From IMG/VR virus record IMGVR_UViG_3300037851_000865, positions 111,762-175,761 of that record: 64,000 bases of DNA; one strand, given 5' to 3'. The notes beneath the pieces were generated by a model. That model did not search any database, was not told where the DNA came from, and worked only from the letters and a program-made list of their open reading frames with translations. The position numbers and the translations under genes are program-made. Positions 9,948-18,413 of the stretch are shown here, in pieces (position 1 is the stretch's first letter; the number at the start of each line of letters is the position of its first letter). The DNA comes from a virus.

Positions 9948-10267
9948 GTGACGACGACAACGTGCTCGACATGCGAATGCGTCGAGCACAACAGCTCAAG
10001 AACACGTCATCTGAAGACCCGGTCTTTCAGGCGGCGGACGCCATCACGTATCTGTACGCAGAGCTTGCCACCAAGCTTTCAGCCAAGGACCTCTACACGG
10101 CTATCGAGGTAGCTAGGAAGAGCATCAACGCAATGCTGATTGTAGCTGTTGGTGATGGGCACGCAGCAGAAATTAAGGAACAGGCCGATGAGGCCGCCAA
10201 ACGCTATGTCGTTGAAGTGCCCAGGCACTACAAGGGCCCGACAGTTTTCGACAAGGACAAGGAATAA
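9944..10267 (+). CDS. Hypothetical protein
   Basis: ATGA overlap. Confidence 0.7.
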   Translation: MSDDDNVLDMRMRRAQQLKNTSSEDPVFQAADAITYLYAELATKLSAKDLYTAIEVARKSINAMLIVAVGDGHAAEIKEQADEAAKRYVVEVPRHYKGPTVFDKDKE

Positions 10268-10275
10268 AAGACCCG

Positions 10276-11400
10276 ATGATTGACGCCGTAGAAAACTGGG
10301 ACGGCACCACTCGGTTGCCAAACCTGTACAGCAAGACTTCGAAGGGTGCCCGGAACATTTGGATGTGCTGGGTAGAGGGAGCATATGTTTGTGTCCGTTG
10401 GGGACAAGACGGTGGAGCTCTTCAGGATGCTCGCTTCAAGTGCGAGCCCAAGAACGTAGGGCGTGCGAACGCCACTACAGCTGAGCAGCAAGCCGTTGAG
10501 GAGGCTCGCTCTAAGTGGAAGAAGCAAGTCAAGAAGAAATACCATTGGGACCCTTCCCACTGGGAGACCAACACCAATCTGAAGCCTATGCTCGCTAAGG
10601 TGTGGGCAGACGAGAAGCACAAGATTGTCTACCCAGCCACGGTGCAGCCCAAGCTCGATGGTCTGCGATGCTTCGCATACCTGAAGGACGGAGAAGTGTT
10701 CCTTCAGTCTCGAGGCGGTGACCCGTATGTGGTGCATCACATCCAGCAGCAGCTCAAGCTGCTCCTACCTGAAGGCGTCATCTTTGACGGAGAGCTCTAC
10801 AGTCATGGCACGAGTCTGCAGACCATCAACTCGTGGGTACGTAGGCCGCAAGAGGATTCGACTAACATCACGTACGTGGTGTACGATTATGTACAACGCA
10901 GCGACATGGATTTGTTCTGGCCCTCGAGACTTGCTGCACTGAGTCTCAAGTTCTGGGAGAAGAACGTGAATGCGACGCACATCTATCAGTGCCCGCACAT
11001 GACCGTGGACCGAGAAGAAGAAATCAAACCCCTGCATGACGCATACGTGCAGCACGGGTACGAAGGCGCAATCGTACGAAGCTACGACATGCCTTACCGG
11101 TTCGGATACCGCAGCTCTGGTCTCTTGAAGATGAAGGAGTTTCAAGACGACGAGTTCCGAATCGTCGGATACGAACGCGGCAAGGGCAAGTTCGAGAACG
11201 TACCCATCTTTCACTGCAAGACCAAAACAGGGCAGGTCTTTGGTGTGACGCCTCGGGGTACCGACCAGGAGCGTCTCAGAATGCTCAACGAGGCAGACAC
11301 GTACCTCAACAAGGACTTGACGGTTCGCTTCTTCAATTACACGCCTGACGGGATACCTTTTCACCCTGTTGGTGTCGCTATTCGCGAGCCTGGCACATGA
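10276..11400 (+). CDS. lig: ATP-dependent DNA ligase
   Basis: QPKLDGLR (motif I), FDGELY, YEGAIVR and LLKMK motifs, plus an OB domain. Confidence 0.95.
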   Translation: MIDAVENWDGTTRLPNLYSKTSKGARNIWMCWVEGAYVCVRWGQDGGALQDARFKCEPKNVGRANATTAEQQAVEEARSKWKKQVKKKYHWDPSHWETNTNLKPMLAKVWADEKHKIVYPATVQPKLDGLRCFAYLKDGEVFLQSRGGDPYVVHHIQQQLKLLLPEGVIFDGELYSHGTSLQTINSWVRRPQEDSTNITYVVYDYVQRSDMDLFWPSRLAALSLKFWEKNVNATHIYQCPHMTVDREEEIKPLHDAYVQHGYEGAIVRSYDMPYRFGYRSSGLLKMKEFQDDEFRIVGYERGKGKFENVPIFHCKTKTGQVFGVTPRGTDQERLRMLNEADTYLNKDLTVRFFNYTPDGIPFHPVGVAIREPGT

Positions 11401-11627
11401 GTGAACCGCTAAAGCCCGGAGACACTATCGGGTCCCTCACAGTAGTGTCTGTGTTGGATACGGGTGATGTGGAGACCGTATGCAGCTGCGGCGCAGCTGT
11501 TATGAGAAAGATGGCTGTTCTTAGAGAGGCCAAGTCACGCCTGACGGACTCGGCATGCAAGGCATGCACACGAAGGCGGCGTAAGCTGCGTAGCTCAGCC
11601 CTATTCGGTAAGAGGCCGAAAAAGTAA
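11397..11627 (+). CDS. Small Cys-containing hypothetical protein
   Basis: CSCG and CKAC motifs; ATGA overlap. Confidence 0.65.
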   Translation: MSEPLKPGDTIGSLTVVSVLDTGDVETVCSCGAAVMRKMAVLREAKSRLTDSACKACTRRRRKLRSSALFGKRPKK

Positions 11628-11804
11628 ATGACGACAGAGGACAAGAGCTTTCGCTCAAATACAAAGCAGCACGAGAGCAATAGAGCTATGGTGGACGCAC
11701 TTCGAGAGGTACTCGGACTGTGTCCACTTTATTCTTCTGACAAACCCACCATCCCTTTCACACAGTATATCGACGATGGCAATCGCCACGTTGGCCGCAA
11801 TTAG
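11628..11804 (+). CDS. Hypothetical protein (58 aa)
   Basis: ATG abuts the previous stop and the ORF fills the gap. Confidence 0.5.
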   Translation: MTTEDKSFRSNTKQHESNRAMVDALREVLGLCPLYSSDKPTIPFTQYIDDGNRHVGRN

Positions 11805-11816
11805 GAGAACAGAAGC

Positions 11817-12692
11817 ATGAAAGACTTTACTGGAGTAACCATCGACACCAAGGCAATCGAGAGCTCAGAGGCAATCGCACTCTGGTCGGAGGCCAAGAAA
11901 GAGCAGTACTGCGAGCTCTTCGAGAAGCAGGTGAACGACGCACGCTTCATTCTGAACGTGGTGGGTAACCTCATCATTGAAAGAGCTGCTCGCAAGTACT
12001 TCATCCCGCGGAGCGACAACTACGCAAAGCAGCTGCGTGAAAAGGAAGTAGGATTCAAACGCTACTGCAACACAGGTGTGCGCTCGGATGAAGAACTCCG
12101 GGTGATTGCCGAGCAGAAGGCTCAGGCCATTCTTGAAGAGCTACCCAGCAGCCGTGCTGCAGTTGCAGTCATCGATAAAGAGACGGCAGACCTCATGCTC
12201 GAGAAAGAGAAGCTCGACGCGCAAGTCATAAAGCTGAGCAAGGAGTTTGACGAGATGGATGAAACCGTCTCGCTGTCCGAGGTACCGCAGACGTGGACTA
12301 TCGCTCAGTTCCGCAGGCACATCACTGAGTTGACTGAGAAACGTGAGGCGCACATCAAGAAGCTGAAGGGCATCGTCGAACGCTGTCAGGAGCTCGATGG
12401 TCAAATCTCCAAAACACTCTACAAGGGCCTGCCCGGTCTGCGTGAGGCCGTAGAGAAGGTGGTGGTGGCTCACTTCGAGAAGTCCACACATCTGGGGACT
12501 GTCTGCCGCCGTATCTGCGAGCAGATTAAATTCGGCGACAGCAAGGAGGCTTTGTCTATTCTGCGCTCGTTCGAAGAGAACGAGGTGGCGGTGTCGGAGG
12601 ATACCAGGAAAGAGTTTGTGGCCGCGCTCGAGAAGCTTGGGGCAACCAAGAAAGCCATCAAGGGAACAACCAAGAAAGGCAAGAGCGTCTAA
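11817..12692 (+). CDS. Hypothetical coiled-coil protein
   Basis: 291 aa; AGGAG RBS. Confidence 0.8.
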   Translation: MKDFTGVTIDTKAIESSEAIALWSEAKKEQYCELFEKQVNDARFILNVVGNLIIERAARKYFIPRSDNYAKQLREKEVGFKRYCNTGVRSDEELRVIAEQKAQAILEELPSSRAAVAVIDKETADLMLEKEKLDAQVIKLSKEFDEMDETVSLSEVPQTWTIAQFRRHITELTEKREAHIKKLKGIVERCQELDGQISKTLYKGLPGLREAVEKVVVAHFEKSTHLGTVCRRICEQIKFGDSKEALSILRSFEENEVAVSEDTRKEFVAALEKLGATKKAIKGTTKKGKSV

Positions 12693-13162
12693 TGGAGTAC
12701 GATGCTCTTAAGTTTTTGGGAGGCAGCCTGCCTTGGATGGTAACTAGCTACATCAACGGCTGCTATGGGCGGGCCGGCGAAGAGAGGACCTACCCCGAAC
12801 GCAGTCCAATACCTATGGAGTTGACACACGAGCAAGTAGTTCTCATGCGCATCAAAGGCAAAGTATCAGCGCCTCGGGTAGAGGCGGGGATAGACCACAC
12901 TTTGTTCGACCGTGAGATAGTAAGGAGGTTCGCAGAAAAGTACGCACCGCCGCACAAGCTCAGCAAGTACGCAGAAAGTTTGCAGAGGACACAAGGCCGC
13001 ACGTACTACAATAACAACGATGGGCTTTACGAGGCCCTTCAGGAGCTCCGTACGCAACTTTCGTACGAGATTAGTGTCGGGCTTCTGCCTGACTTTCTGA
13101 CGACGACAACCTTCTTCGGAAACTTCACGTACCGCGCCGTCGTTGATGTAAAGTTCGATTAA
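12692..13162 (+). CDS. Hypothetical protein
   Basis: TAATG coupling. Confidence 0.75.
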   Translation: MEYDALKFLGGSLPWMVTSYINGCYGRAGEERTYPERSPIPMELTHEQVVLMRIKGKVSAPRVEAGIDHTLFDREIVRRFAEKYAPPHKLSKYAESLQRTQGRTYYNNNDGLYEALQELRTQLSYEISVGLLPDFLTTTTFFGNFTYRAVVDVKFD

Positions 13163-13164
13163 GA

Positions 13165-13218
13165 GCTAGAGAAAGGGTGCGGGGGCGCACAGAGCACTTG
13201 CGTGCCTCTTTCTCTAGC
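13165..13218. terminator. Bidirectional terminator bounded by GCTAG/CTAGC
   Basis: GCTAGAGAAAGG...CTCTTTCTCTAGC inverted repeat between convergent genes. Confidence 0.75.
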
Positions 13219-13219
13219 C

Positions 13220-13648
13220 TCAATTCGCCAAGCGCTTACCGCGCTTGGCTGCGCCGCGGCTGGGCGCAGGCTGCCGATGGGTTGGCTGCCGTTTTTCCTT
13301 TTTCTGGTCTCGAGCCGACTGGGTCGGGTGCGTAGGGTGCTGGGGATGAGAAGGATGAGCTGGGTGAGCCTTCTTGCCGCACACCAAACGTTCCTTGTGC
13401 ACCACAGCCTTGCGACGCTCTGTGTGCATCCTGTCGGTCCTACGCTGGGTAGCCCGGCGCTCAACATGCACCGTACGGTGCTCAACACGCTGCACCTGAG
13501 GGCGCTCTACGTACTCGTAGCGCACCTCAGCCTGCGGTGCCGAACACGTACCACAGGAAGCTCCATCGAAGGAGCTGCTCGGATATGTACGCACCGTACA
13601 ACCGCTCATGAGGAGCAGCGAAGTAATCAAAAGAAGAAGCTTATTCAT
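13220..13648 (-). CDS. Putative lipoprotein with basic His/Pro-rich tail
   Basis: MNKLLLLITSLLLMSG-C lipobox. Confidence 0.65.
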   Translation of the reverse strand: MNKLLLLITSLLLMSGCTVRTYPSSSFDGASCGTCSAPQAEVRYEYVERPQVQRVEHRTVHVERRATQRRTDRMHTERRKAVVHKERLVCGKKAHPAHPSHPQHPTHPTQSARDQKKEKRQPTHRQPAPSRGAAKRGKRLAN

Positions 13649-13818
13649 CCTGTTCTCCGTTTCTGCTCCCTGAGGAGCTCTGATTGGCGACTCAGAAGGA
13701 ACTGGTCCTTCTTGTGTCGCGAGTTGTTGAGTTTGGCGTCAATGAGACGCACTGCCTGGTGAATCTGAGCCGCAGTAAGGTACCGCACCTCAGTGTTGAG
13801 AATCAGTTCTCGGTCCAT
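13645..13818 (-). CDS. Hypothetical protein
   Basis: ATGA overlap with the lipoprotein gene. Confidence 0.5.
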   Translation of the reverse strand: MDRELILNTEVRYLTAAQIHQAVRLIDAKLNNSRHKKDQFLLSRQSELLREQKRRTG

Positions 13819-14041
13819 ACTACGTACGTTCCATAGATGCAGAACAAAGCAAAGAACGCTTTGGTGATTGTGGTTGTTTGGTATGCGTCGTAGCAGACGA
13901 CAGCAGTACCTAGGGTCCATCCGATGTTGATAAGCCTACGAGCCACTATGCTTCCTTTCTATGAGGACGATAAGCCCCATGATTGCGAAAGGCATCACGA
14001 ACAGTACGGCCGTGATGATGTCGATTGTTTCCATCAGTATT

Positions 14042-14069
14042 CTTATGCCCGAATTTGTTTCGGGTTTGA
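14042..14069 (-). promoter_or_regulatory. Putative phage sigma promoter TCAA-N16-GGCATAAG
   Basis: Motif match. Confidence 0.55.
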
Positions 14070-14089
14070 CGAAGAACAAAGATGCTCGA

Positions 14090-14764
14090 CTAGCGTATCA
14101 GCAACAAGCCGCCAGCCCACGCATCGTAGCTCACAACACACTCAACAGCACTGCTCGCAAAGGGGCCTGCGACTATCGACTTATTCCAGTCGGACATTTC
14201 ATTGACGCTTCCGCCAAATGCCCTTGAGGATAAGTCACCTATCGAAGACGCAGCTCCCACCCAAGAGGAACTGAAGGCGTGTAAGAAGCCATCAGAAGGC
14301 GCAGTGCCTCCTGCGAATGTGAAGTTAGCTTGACTCAGATTAGGAGAGCCGCCTGCATCCACCAGCGATACATCTTGCACGTTTCTGTAGCAGCTAAGCA
14401 CCATTCCGTAATAGTCGGACGGCGCCCCCAGGACAGCTGCTGTAAAGGAGGATGGTACCGGCCACGCGACTTCTGTCTCCCAGATTTCTGTAACAATCTT
14501 AAAGTCGGAAGAAGCGTTGTTCACCCGAGTGATAAGGGACCAGCCATTACCCTGCTCTATTGTCGATGTGGCTGTCAGGTCTGTGTACATGGTCACCATG
14601 GCCAACAGCCTGTCTCCTGCCTGTACGTCTGTCGGCGCTGGGCACGGGTAGTAGCTTACCGAAGATGCCGACGAGACATACTCCACAGACAAGGGTGGGG
14701 GTGGCGGAGGCGGCGCGCCGTTCCTCCTAGAGGCTAGCGGTCCGACGTAGCGAAGAGGGAGCAT
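14090..14764 (-). CDS. Putative tail-fibre-associated / receptor-binding-like beta protein
   Basis: Poly-Pro linker followed by a P.....AGDRLLA...GWSLI beta domain. Confidence 0.5.
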   Translation of the reverse strand: MLPLRYVGPLASRRNGAPPPPPPPLSVEYVSSASSVSYYPCPAPTDVQAGDRLLAMVTMYTDLTATSTIEQGNGWSLITRVNNASSDFKIVTEIWETEVAWPVPSSFTAAVLGAPSDYYGMVLSCYRNVQDVSLVDAGGSPNLSQANFTFAGGTAPSDGFLHAFSSSWVGAASSIGDLSSRAFGGSVNEMSDWNKSIVAGPFASSAVECVVSYDAWAGGLLLIR

Positions 14765-15189
14765 TATGCTGTCTCCAGGTCGCCAGACACGAGCCACACG
14801 TTGGCGCCCGTACGTACTCGACGCAGCATGATGACGCTGCCTGTACCTGCCGACACGAGTGTTCTTCCTGGCGGGGTAATCAGTGTGACAGTGTTGTCTT
14901 CAGGCACTAGCGTGAGCGTTCCCGTTCCAAGCTGTGCGCACAAAAGTAGCGCATCGGGGCCAAACACGTTCTTTGGGACTACAGCCTGAGAGGCGGTAGA
15001 TGCCGTGAAGTCGACGAATACTCCTTGGTCCGCAGGTACAAGTACGCGAATACCTTCTGGGCACAGTCGCGAAGGAGCTGTTCGCAGGGCATCGTCGATG
15101 CCTTCTAAGAAACCCTCTAACGTACCGTCTGAGGGTTGAAAGCCGCGGGGGCGGCGTAAGGGTCTGATGAACCTAGTCTGTACGCGCAT
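14764..15189 (-). CDS. Putative tail-fibre module protein
   Basis: QLGTGTLTL...VTL...S.GTGS...L......NVWLVSGDL resembles common fibre C-terminal modules. Confidence 0.5.
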   Translation of the reverse strand: MRVQTRFIRPLRRPRGFQPSDGTLEGFLEGIDDALRTAPSRLCPEGIRVLVPADQGVFVDFTASTASQAVVPKNVFGPDALLLCAQLGTGTLTLVPEDNTVTLITPPGRTLVSAGTGSVIMLRRVRTGANVWLVSGDLETA

Positions 15190-15277
15190 GTGCTACTTCC
15201 CTTCTTTTCAGGTCGATAGGCCAATGATACTACGCCTAAGACAGCAAGCAGCAGCGACACACGGCTGTGTCTACTTG

Positions 15278-15310
15278 GCTAAAAAAGAAAGGGCCCGAAG
15301 GCCCTTCCTC
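15278..15310 (-). terminator. Intrinsic terminator with TTAGC tail
   Basis: AAGGGCC-CGAA-GGCCCTT hairpin; A-tract and GCTAA on the + strand. Confidence 0.8.
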
Positions 15311-15626
15311 ACCACTCCTTGAGGGGCATCGCTTCAACGATAGGCCCATCTCCATCGAACTTGATGGCGTCGAAGTGCTCCTCGTGATTTGCCGCCCAGG
15401 AGTAGAACTCACGGAACATCGGAGATAGTTCTGACAGGTCTGGTACTTCATCTCTATCGATACGCACACATGCCCAGTGCGGAGAAGCGTCGACCACCAA
15501 CGGTGCGTTGATTCTGTCAGAGGCCCATCGATGCAAGAAGGCAGTATCCAGCTCAGTGATGTGCTGCACGTTGACCACTAGGGTCTTTTCGATTTCGAGT
15601 TTCATGACTTCTTTTTCTTTGCCCAT
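15309..15626 (-). CDS. Hypothetical protein
   Basis: HIT..D motif and a IKFDGDGP...MP..EW C-terminus seen in mobile-element proteins. Confidence 0.65.
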   Translation of the reverse strand: MGKEKEVMKLEIEKTLVVNVQHITELDTAFLHRWASDRINAPLVVDASPHWACVRIDRDEVPDLSELSPMFREFYSWAANHEEHFDAIKFDGDGPIVEAMPLKEW

Positions 15627-15636
15627 GCTGCTCTTC

Positions 15637-15927
15637 TCAGAAAGGAATGTCACTGTCGTCTCTGGCGTCCTGTTCGGCCCCTGGCGGTATGTCACCGTTT
15701 ACGTCAGTCGAGTATCTGCGAGGCTGATACGTATCGCCGTACTCATTGTTACGCGACACATTGAAGTAGTAGCGGTCTTGGTCTGCAGCGCTGAGGTGTA
15801 CGCCTGGCGAGAGCTTGAGGCTGAACCAGCCTCCTTCGTCCCACAAAGAACCTGCGTACGTTTTGTTCTTGGTGTTGAGCTTGTCCACAATCACCAGTCG
15901 GTGCGTGGGCTTCTTATCCTGTGCCAT
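15637..15927 (-). CDS. Small protein with SSB-type acidic C-terminal tail (DDSDIPF)
   Basis: Beta-rich N-domain, disordered linker, DIPF terminus. Confidence 0.6.
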   Translation of the reverse strand: MAQDKKPTHRLVIVDKLNTKNKTYAGSLWDEGGWFSLKLSPGVHLSAADQDRYYFNVSRNNEYGDTYQPRRYSTDVNGDIPPGAEQDARDDSDIPF

Positions 15928-16111
15928 CTTCTTCCTTTCTTAGTTGTCGAAACTGCTCGACTGCCTCGTCGGCAATCTTGGCGGCCTGCTTGGCCACTCG
16001 ATACTTGTCCAGGCGCTCTGCGTACTTGATGGAGTGCGCGAGGATGGCTGTGTAGGCACTGCCGTAAGCGGCATCCCAGATTGGCTGGAGCATAGCGTTG
16101 TTGGGACGCAT
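15914..16111 (-). CDS. Hypothetical protein
   Basis: Coupled to the dCMP deaminase gene. Confidence 0.65.
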   Translation of the reverse strand: MRPNNAMLQPIWDAAYGSAYTAILAHSIKYAERLDKYRVAKQAAKIADEAVEQFRQLRKEEDGTG

Positions 16112-16554
16112 CAGAAGGTCGACCTTTCGACGAAGTGAACTCGGCCACCTGCTTCGCCAATGAGAAGGCGAGCCAAACGAGCATCTTCAGCCCAGCGCTC
16201 TGGTACTTCTTCTCTGGTGTAGACGTCCTCGATGCCGGCCTGAACGATAAGCCTGGCGCAGCGAGCGCACGGATGCAGGGTGGCATACATGGCAGCTCCT
16301 CTGATGCTGATGCCCGTGAAGGCAGCCTGCACGATGGCGTTCTCCTCAGCGTGGCAGATGATGGGGTACTTCTGCTCCCTGTCATCCAGGCGAGCATCAT
16401 CCCGCACACCTCGAGGGAATCCGTTGTAGCCGGTGGTGAGTATCTGCCGGCTGTCATTGACGACCACGCACCCCACTTTGGTGCTTGGGTCTTTGCTCCA
16501 CTGGGCGATGAGCTCCGCCATGCCCATGAAGCGGTTGTTCCAGACTTGGTTCAT
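16111..16554 (-). CDS. dCMP deaminase
   Basis: SKDPSTKVG, TGYNGFPRG, HAEENA and PCARC motifs. Confidence 0.95.
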   Translation of the reverse strand: MNQVWNNRFMGMAELIAQWSKDPSTKVGCVVVNDSRQILTTGYNGFPRGVRDDARLDDREQKYPIICHAEENAIVQAAFTGISIRGAAMYATLHPCARCARLIVQAGIEDVYTREEVPERWAEDARLARLLIGEAGGRVHFVERSTF

Positions 16555-16571
16555 GTGTCTCCTCCAGCTCT

Positions 16572-16599
16572 ATTATCCCATGCTGCAGTCTGTTGTTGC
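16572..16599 (-). promoter_or_regulatory. Putative phage sigma promoter GCAA-N16-GGGATAAT
   Basis: Motif match upstream of the dCMP deaminase gene. Confidence 0.6.
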
Positions 16600-16615
16600 A
16601 TGCTAGGCTCCTTGC

Positions 16616-16891
16616 ATGGAGGGAATAGAGACGTGGGTGGAGGCGCTGTTCTACAGCCCAGAAGAGCACGACTACCTTTGGCCTGCCCACTCGCTTGAGT
16701 GGCTGCTCCTCGAGGATGCTCTTTCTGCCGTGCTGGACCAGCAAGCTCGTAGCTTTCGTGGCGGGCTCTACATGCCTCGTTGTGGCTGCCCTGCCTGCAA
16801 CCCAAGGATGGGGCCCTACAACCCTGCTGACATTGGAGAGTGCTTGTACTGGCCCGTCAGGTACAAGACAGAAGAGGGTACAAGAGAGTGA
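16616..16891 (+). CDS. Hypothetical protein
   Basis: 91 aa ORF with CGCPAC. Confidence 0.5.
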   Translation: MEGIETWVEALFYSPEEHDYLWPAHSLEWLLLEDALSAVLDQQARSFRGGLYMPRCGCPACNPRMGPYNPADIGECLYWPVRYKTEEGTRE

Positions 16892-16920
16892 CGCGCCAAT
16901 CGCGTCAGAAAGAGTACCTC

Positions 16921-17142
16921 ATGGGAATGAACGTAGACCTCACGCACATGCTCAACCTGCCAACAGAACTACCGTGCCCACGTTGCCACGAGAAAGTTGA
17001 TACAACGTTCGACGACTACGACATCGAGTGTGGGAAACCCAACCCCTCCCCAGGTAACTGGGAGCTCCGCGTGTGGTGCGAGCATTGTGATTTCGAATGG
17101 AAGTACCGCTTCAGTGTGACGAGGGAGTCGTTCAAGGGCTAA
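16921..17142 (+). CDS. Zn-ribbon hypothetical protein
   Basis: CPRC...CEHC. Confidence 0.6.
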   Translation: MGMNVDLTHMLNLPTELPCPRCHEKVDTTFDDYDIECGKPNPSPGNWELRVWCEHCDFEWKYRFSVTRESFKG

Positions 17143-17170
17143 AGAAAAACTCCCGAAGGAGTTCTTCTCA
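17138..17170. terminator. Terminator between convergent genes (GCTAA motif)
   Basis: AACTCC-CGAA-GGAGTT hairpin. Confidence 0.75.
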
Positions 17171-17428
17171 GAAGCAGGTATCGCAGCTGCAGTGAGACTT
17201 GGTCCCGCCGCTCGCAATACTTCCGCTCTGGCAGCGAGGTGACCCGTTGTGTGATGGGCCTTCTCCCTGCTTGGCATAGCGGGCACAAGTCAAACAGGGC
17301 GTGGGGGACTTGAACGAGAACTCGGCGCAGTACCGCTCGAGCAGTTCCTCCAGCTCTTCCTCAAATGCTTCCTTGTTCTTGTCGGCCGCAAACTCAATGG
17401 TCAACTTGTATTCAAAGACGTCAGCCAT
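17168..17428 (-). CDS. Cys/His-rich hypothetical protein
   Basis: GGAG RBS; PSHNGSPRCQSGSIASGG..HCSCDTCF motif. Confidence 0.65.
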   Translation of the reverse strand: MADVFEYKLTIEFAADKNKEAFEEELEELLERYCAEFSFKSPTPCLTCARYAKQGEGPSHNGSPRCQSGSIASGGTKSHCSCDTCF

Positions 17429-17467
17429 GCTTGTTCTCCAACCGAGATGGTTGGTCCTTTCATGCTT

Positions 17468-17495
17468 CTTATCCCGTTTTTCCAACACCTCTTGC
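17468..17495 (-). promoter_or_regulatory. Putative phage sigma promoter GCAA-N16-GGGATAAG
   Basis: Motif match. Confidence 0.65.
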
Positions 17496-17512
17496 GTGGT
17501 AGAATGCCCGGC

Positions 17513-17812
17513 ATGGACAAAACACAGGAATGGCTCGACTACCTGAACGCTCTGCTGCGCTACCCAGAGATGCCGGGTGTGCTCAACAGCCTGATTGATA
17601 AGCGGGTACTTGTCTCCGAAGAGCTCGCCGACTCGAGTACCCCCATTGTCGTCGTAGACGCAGAGGACGGGTCGCCGTACTTTGGGGCGCTTGGGCTCAT
17701 CAACGGCTTCCTGGACTACGAGGGGCAGCCCCGCATCATGGCTCACATCGATGCGGCGACGGGCACAGTCCTCCACTTCTCGGTCGCAGTGCTCTCTGAG
17801 GAGGGCCCGTGA
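17513..17812 (+). CDS. Hypothetical protein
   Basis: TGGTAGAAT lies 7 nt before the ATG; GALGLING motif. Confidence 0.7.
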   Translation: MDKTQEWLDYLNALLRYPEMPGVLNSLIDKRVLVSEELADSSTPIVVVDAEDGSPYFGALGLINGFLDYEGQPRIMAHIDAATGTVLHFSVAVLSEEGP

Positions 17813-18159
17813 GCGTCCGAGCCACCGCCAGAGCGGCTGTCTACCAGAAAGCCGACGAGCTCGACGTGAGGGCCAACCAGCTGGCCATCATGAGGAGCCT
17901 GGAGGCCAGCCAGGCAGCCCACTGGCTACGAGAGGTAGCACAACTGCTAAGGCGAACCGCCGACAACGAAGGCGCCAAGCACCTGATGGATACCTTCGAC
18001 GAAGTAAAGCGCAGCGTGAGTGAGTTCACCCGCCTTGCCCTAGAGATGGACCGGGACGATGATGCCCCCGACACAGAAAGGAAGAACAGTGACAAAGAAA
18101 ACGACCACCAAGAAGACCGCCGAGACCACAACCCCCGCGACCCCCGCCAAGAAGATTGA
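17809..18159 (+). CDS. Hypothetical protein
   Basis: GAGGAGG RBS and GTGA overlap. Confidence 0.6.
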   Translation: MSVRATARAAVYQKADELDVRANQLAIMRSLEASQAAHWLREVAQLLRRTADNEGAKHLMDTFDEVKRSVSEFTRLALEMDRDDDAPDTERKNSDKENDHQEDRRDHNPRDPRQED

Positions 18160-18413
18160 GGCGCCCAAGACGCGCGATGAGATAAAGCAGGACGTCCTCC
18201 ATAAGCGCTTCCGCCCGCCGGTGAATAAGTGAGCCGCGCGGACGCTCCCAAAGAAGATACCCCCACTCAGTGCTCCAGTACCTATTGTGGGTACAGGTGC
18301 AAGTACGAGGAGGGGCATGATGGTGCCCACGTCAGGAGGCCCATGAAGGGTATTGTTGCGTGTGGGCCGACCCAGTGTTCGTAGGCGAGATGCCCCTCCA
18401 GGAGAGATGAAAG

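Noticed and set aside
10261-10268. GGAATAA/GGGATAAG boxes at 10261, 47527 and 5980 as phage promoters
   Set aside because: They coincide with stop codons and lack GCAA at the 16-nt spacing.
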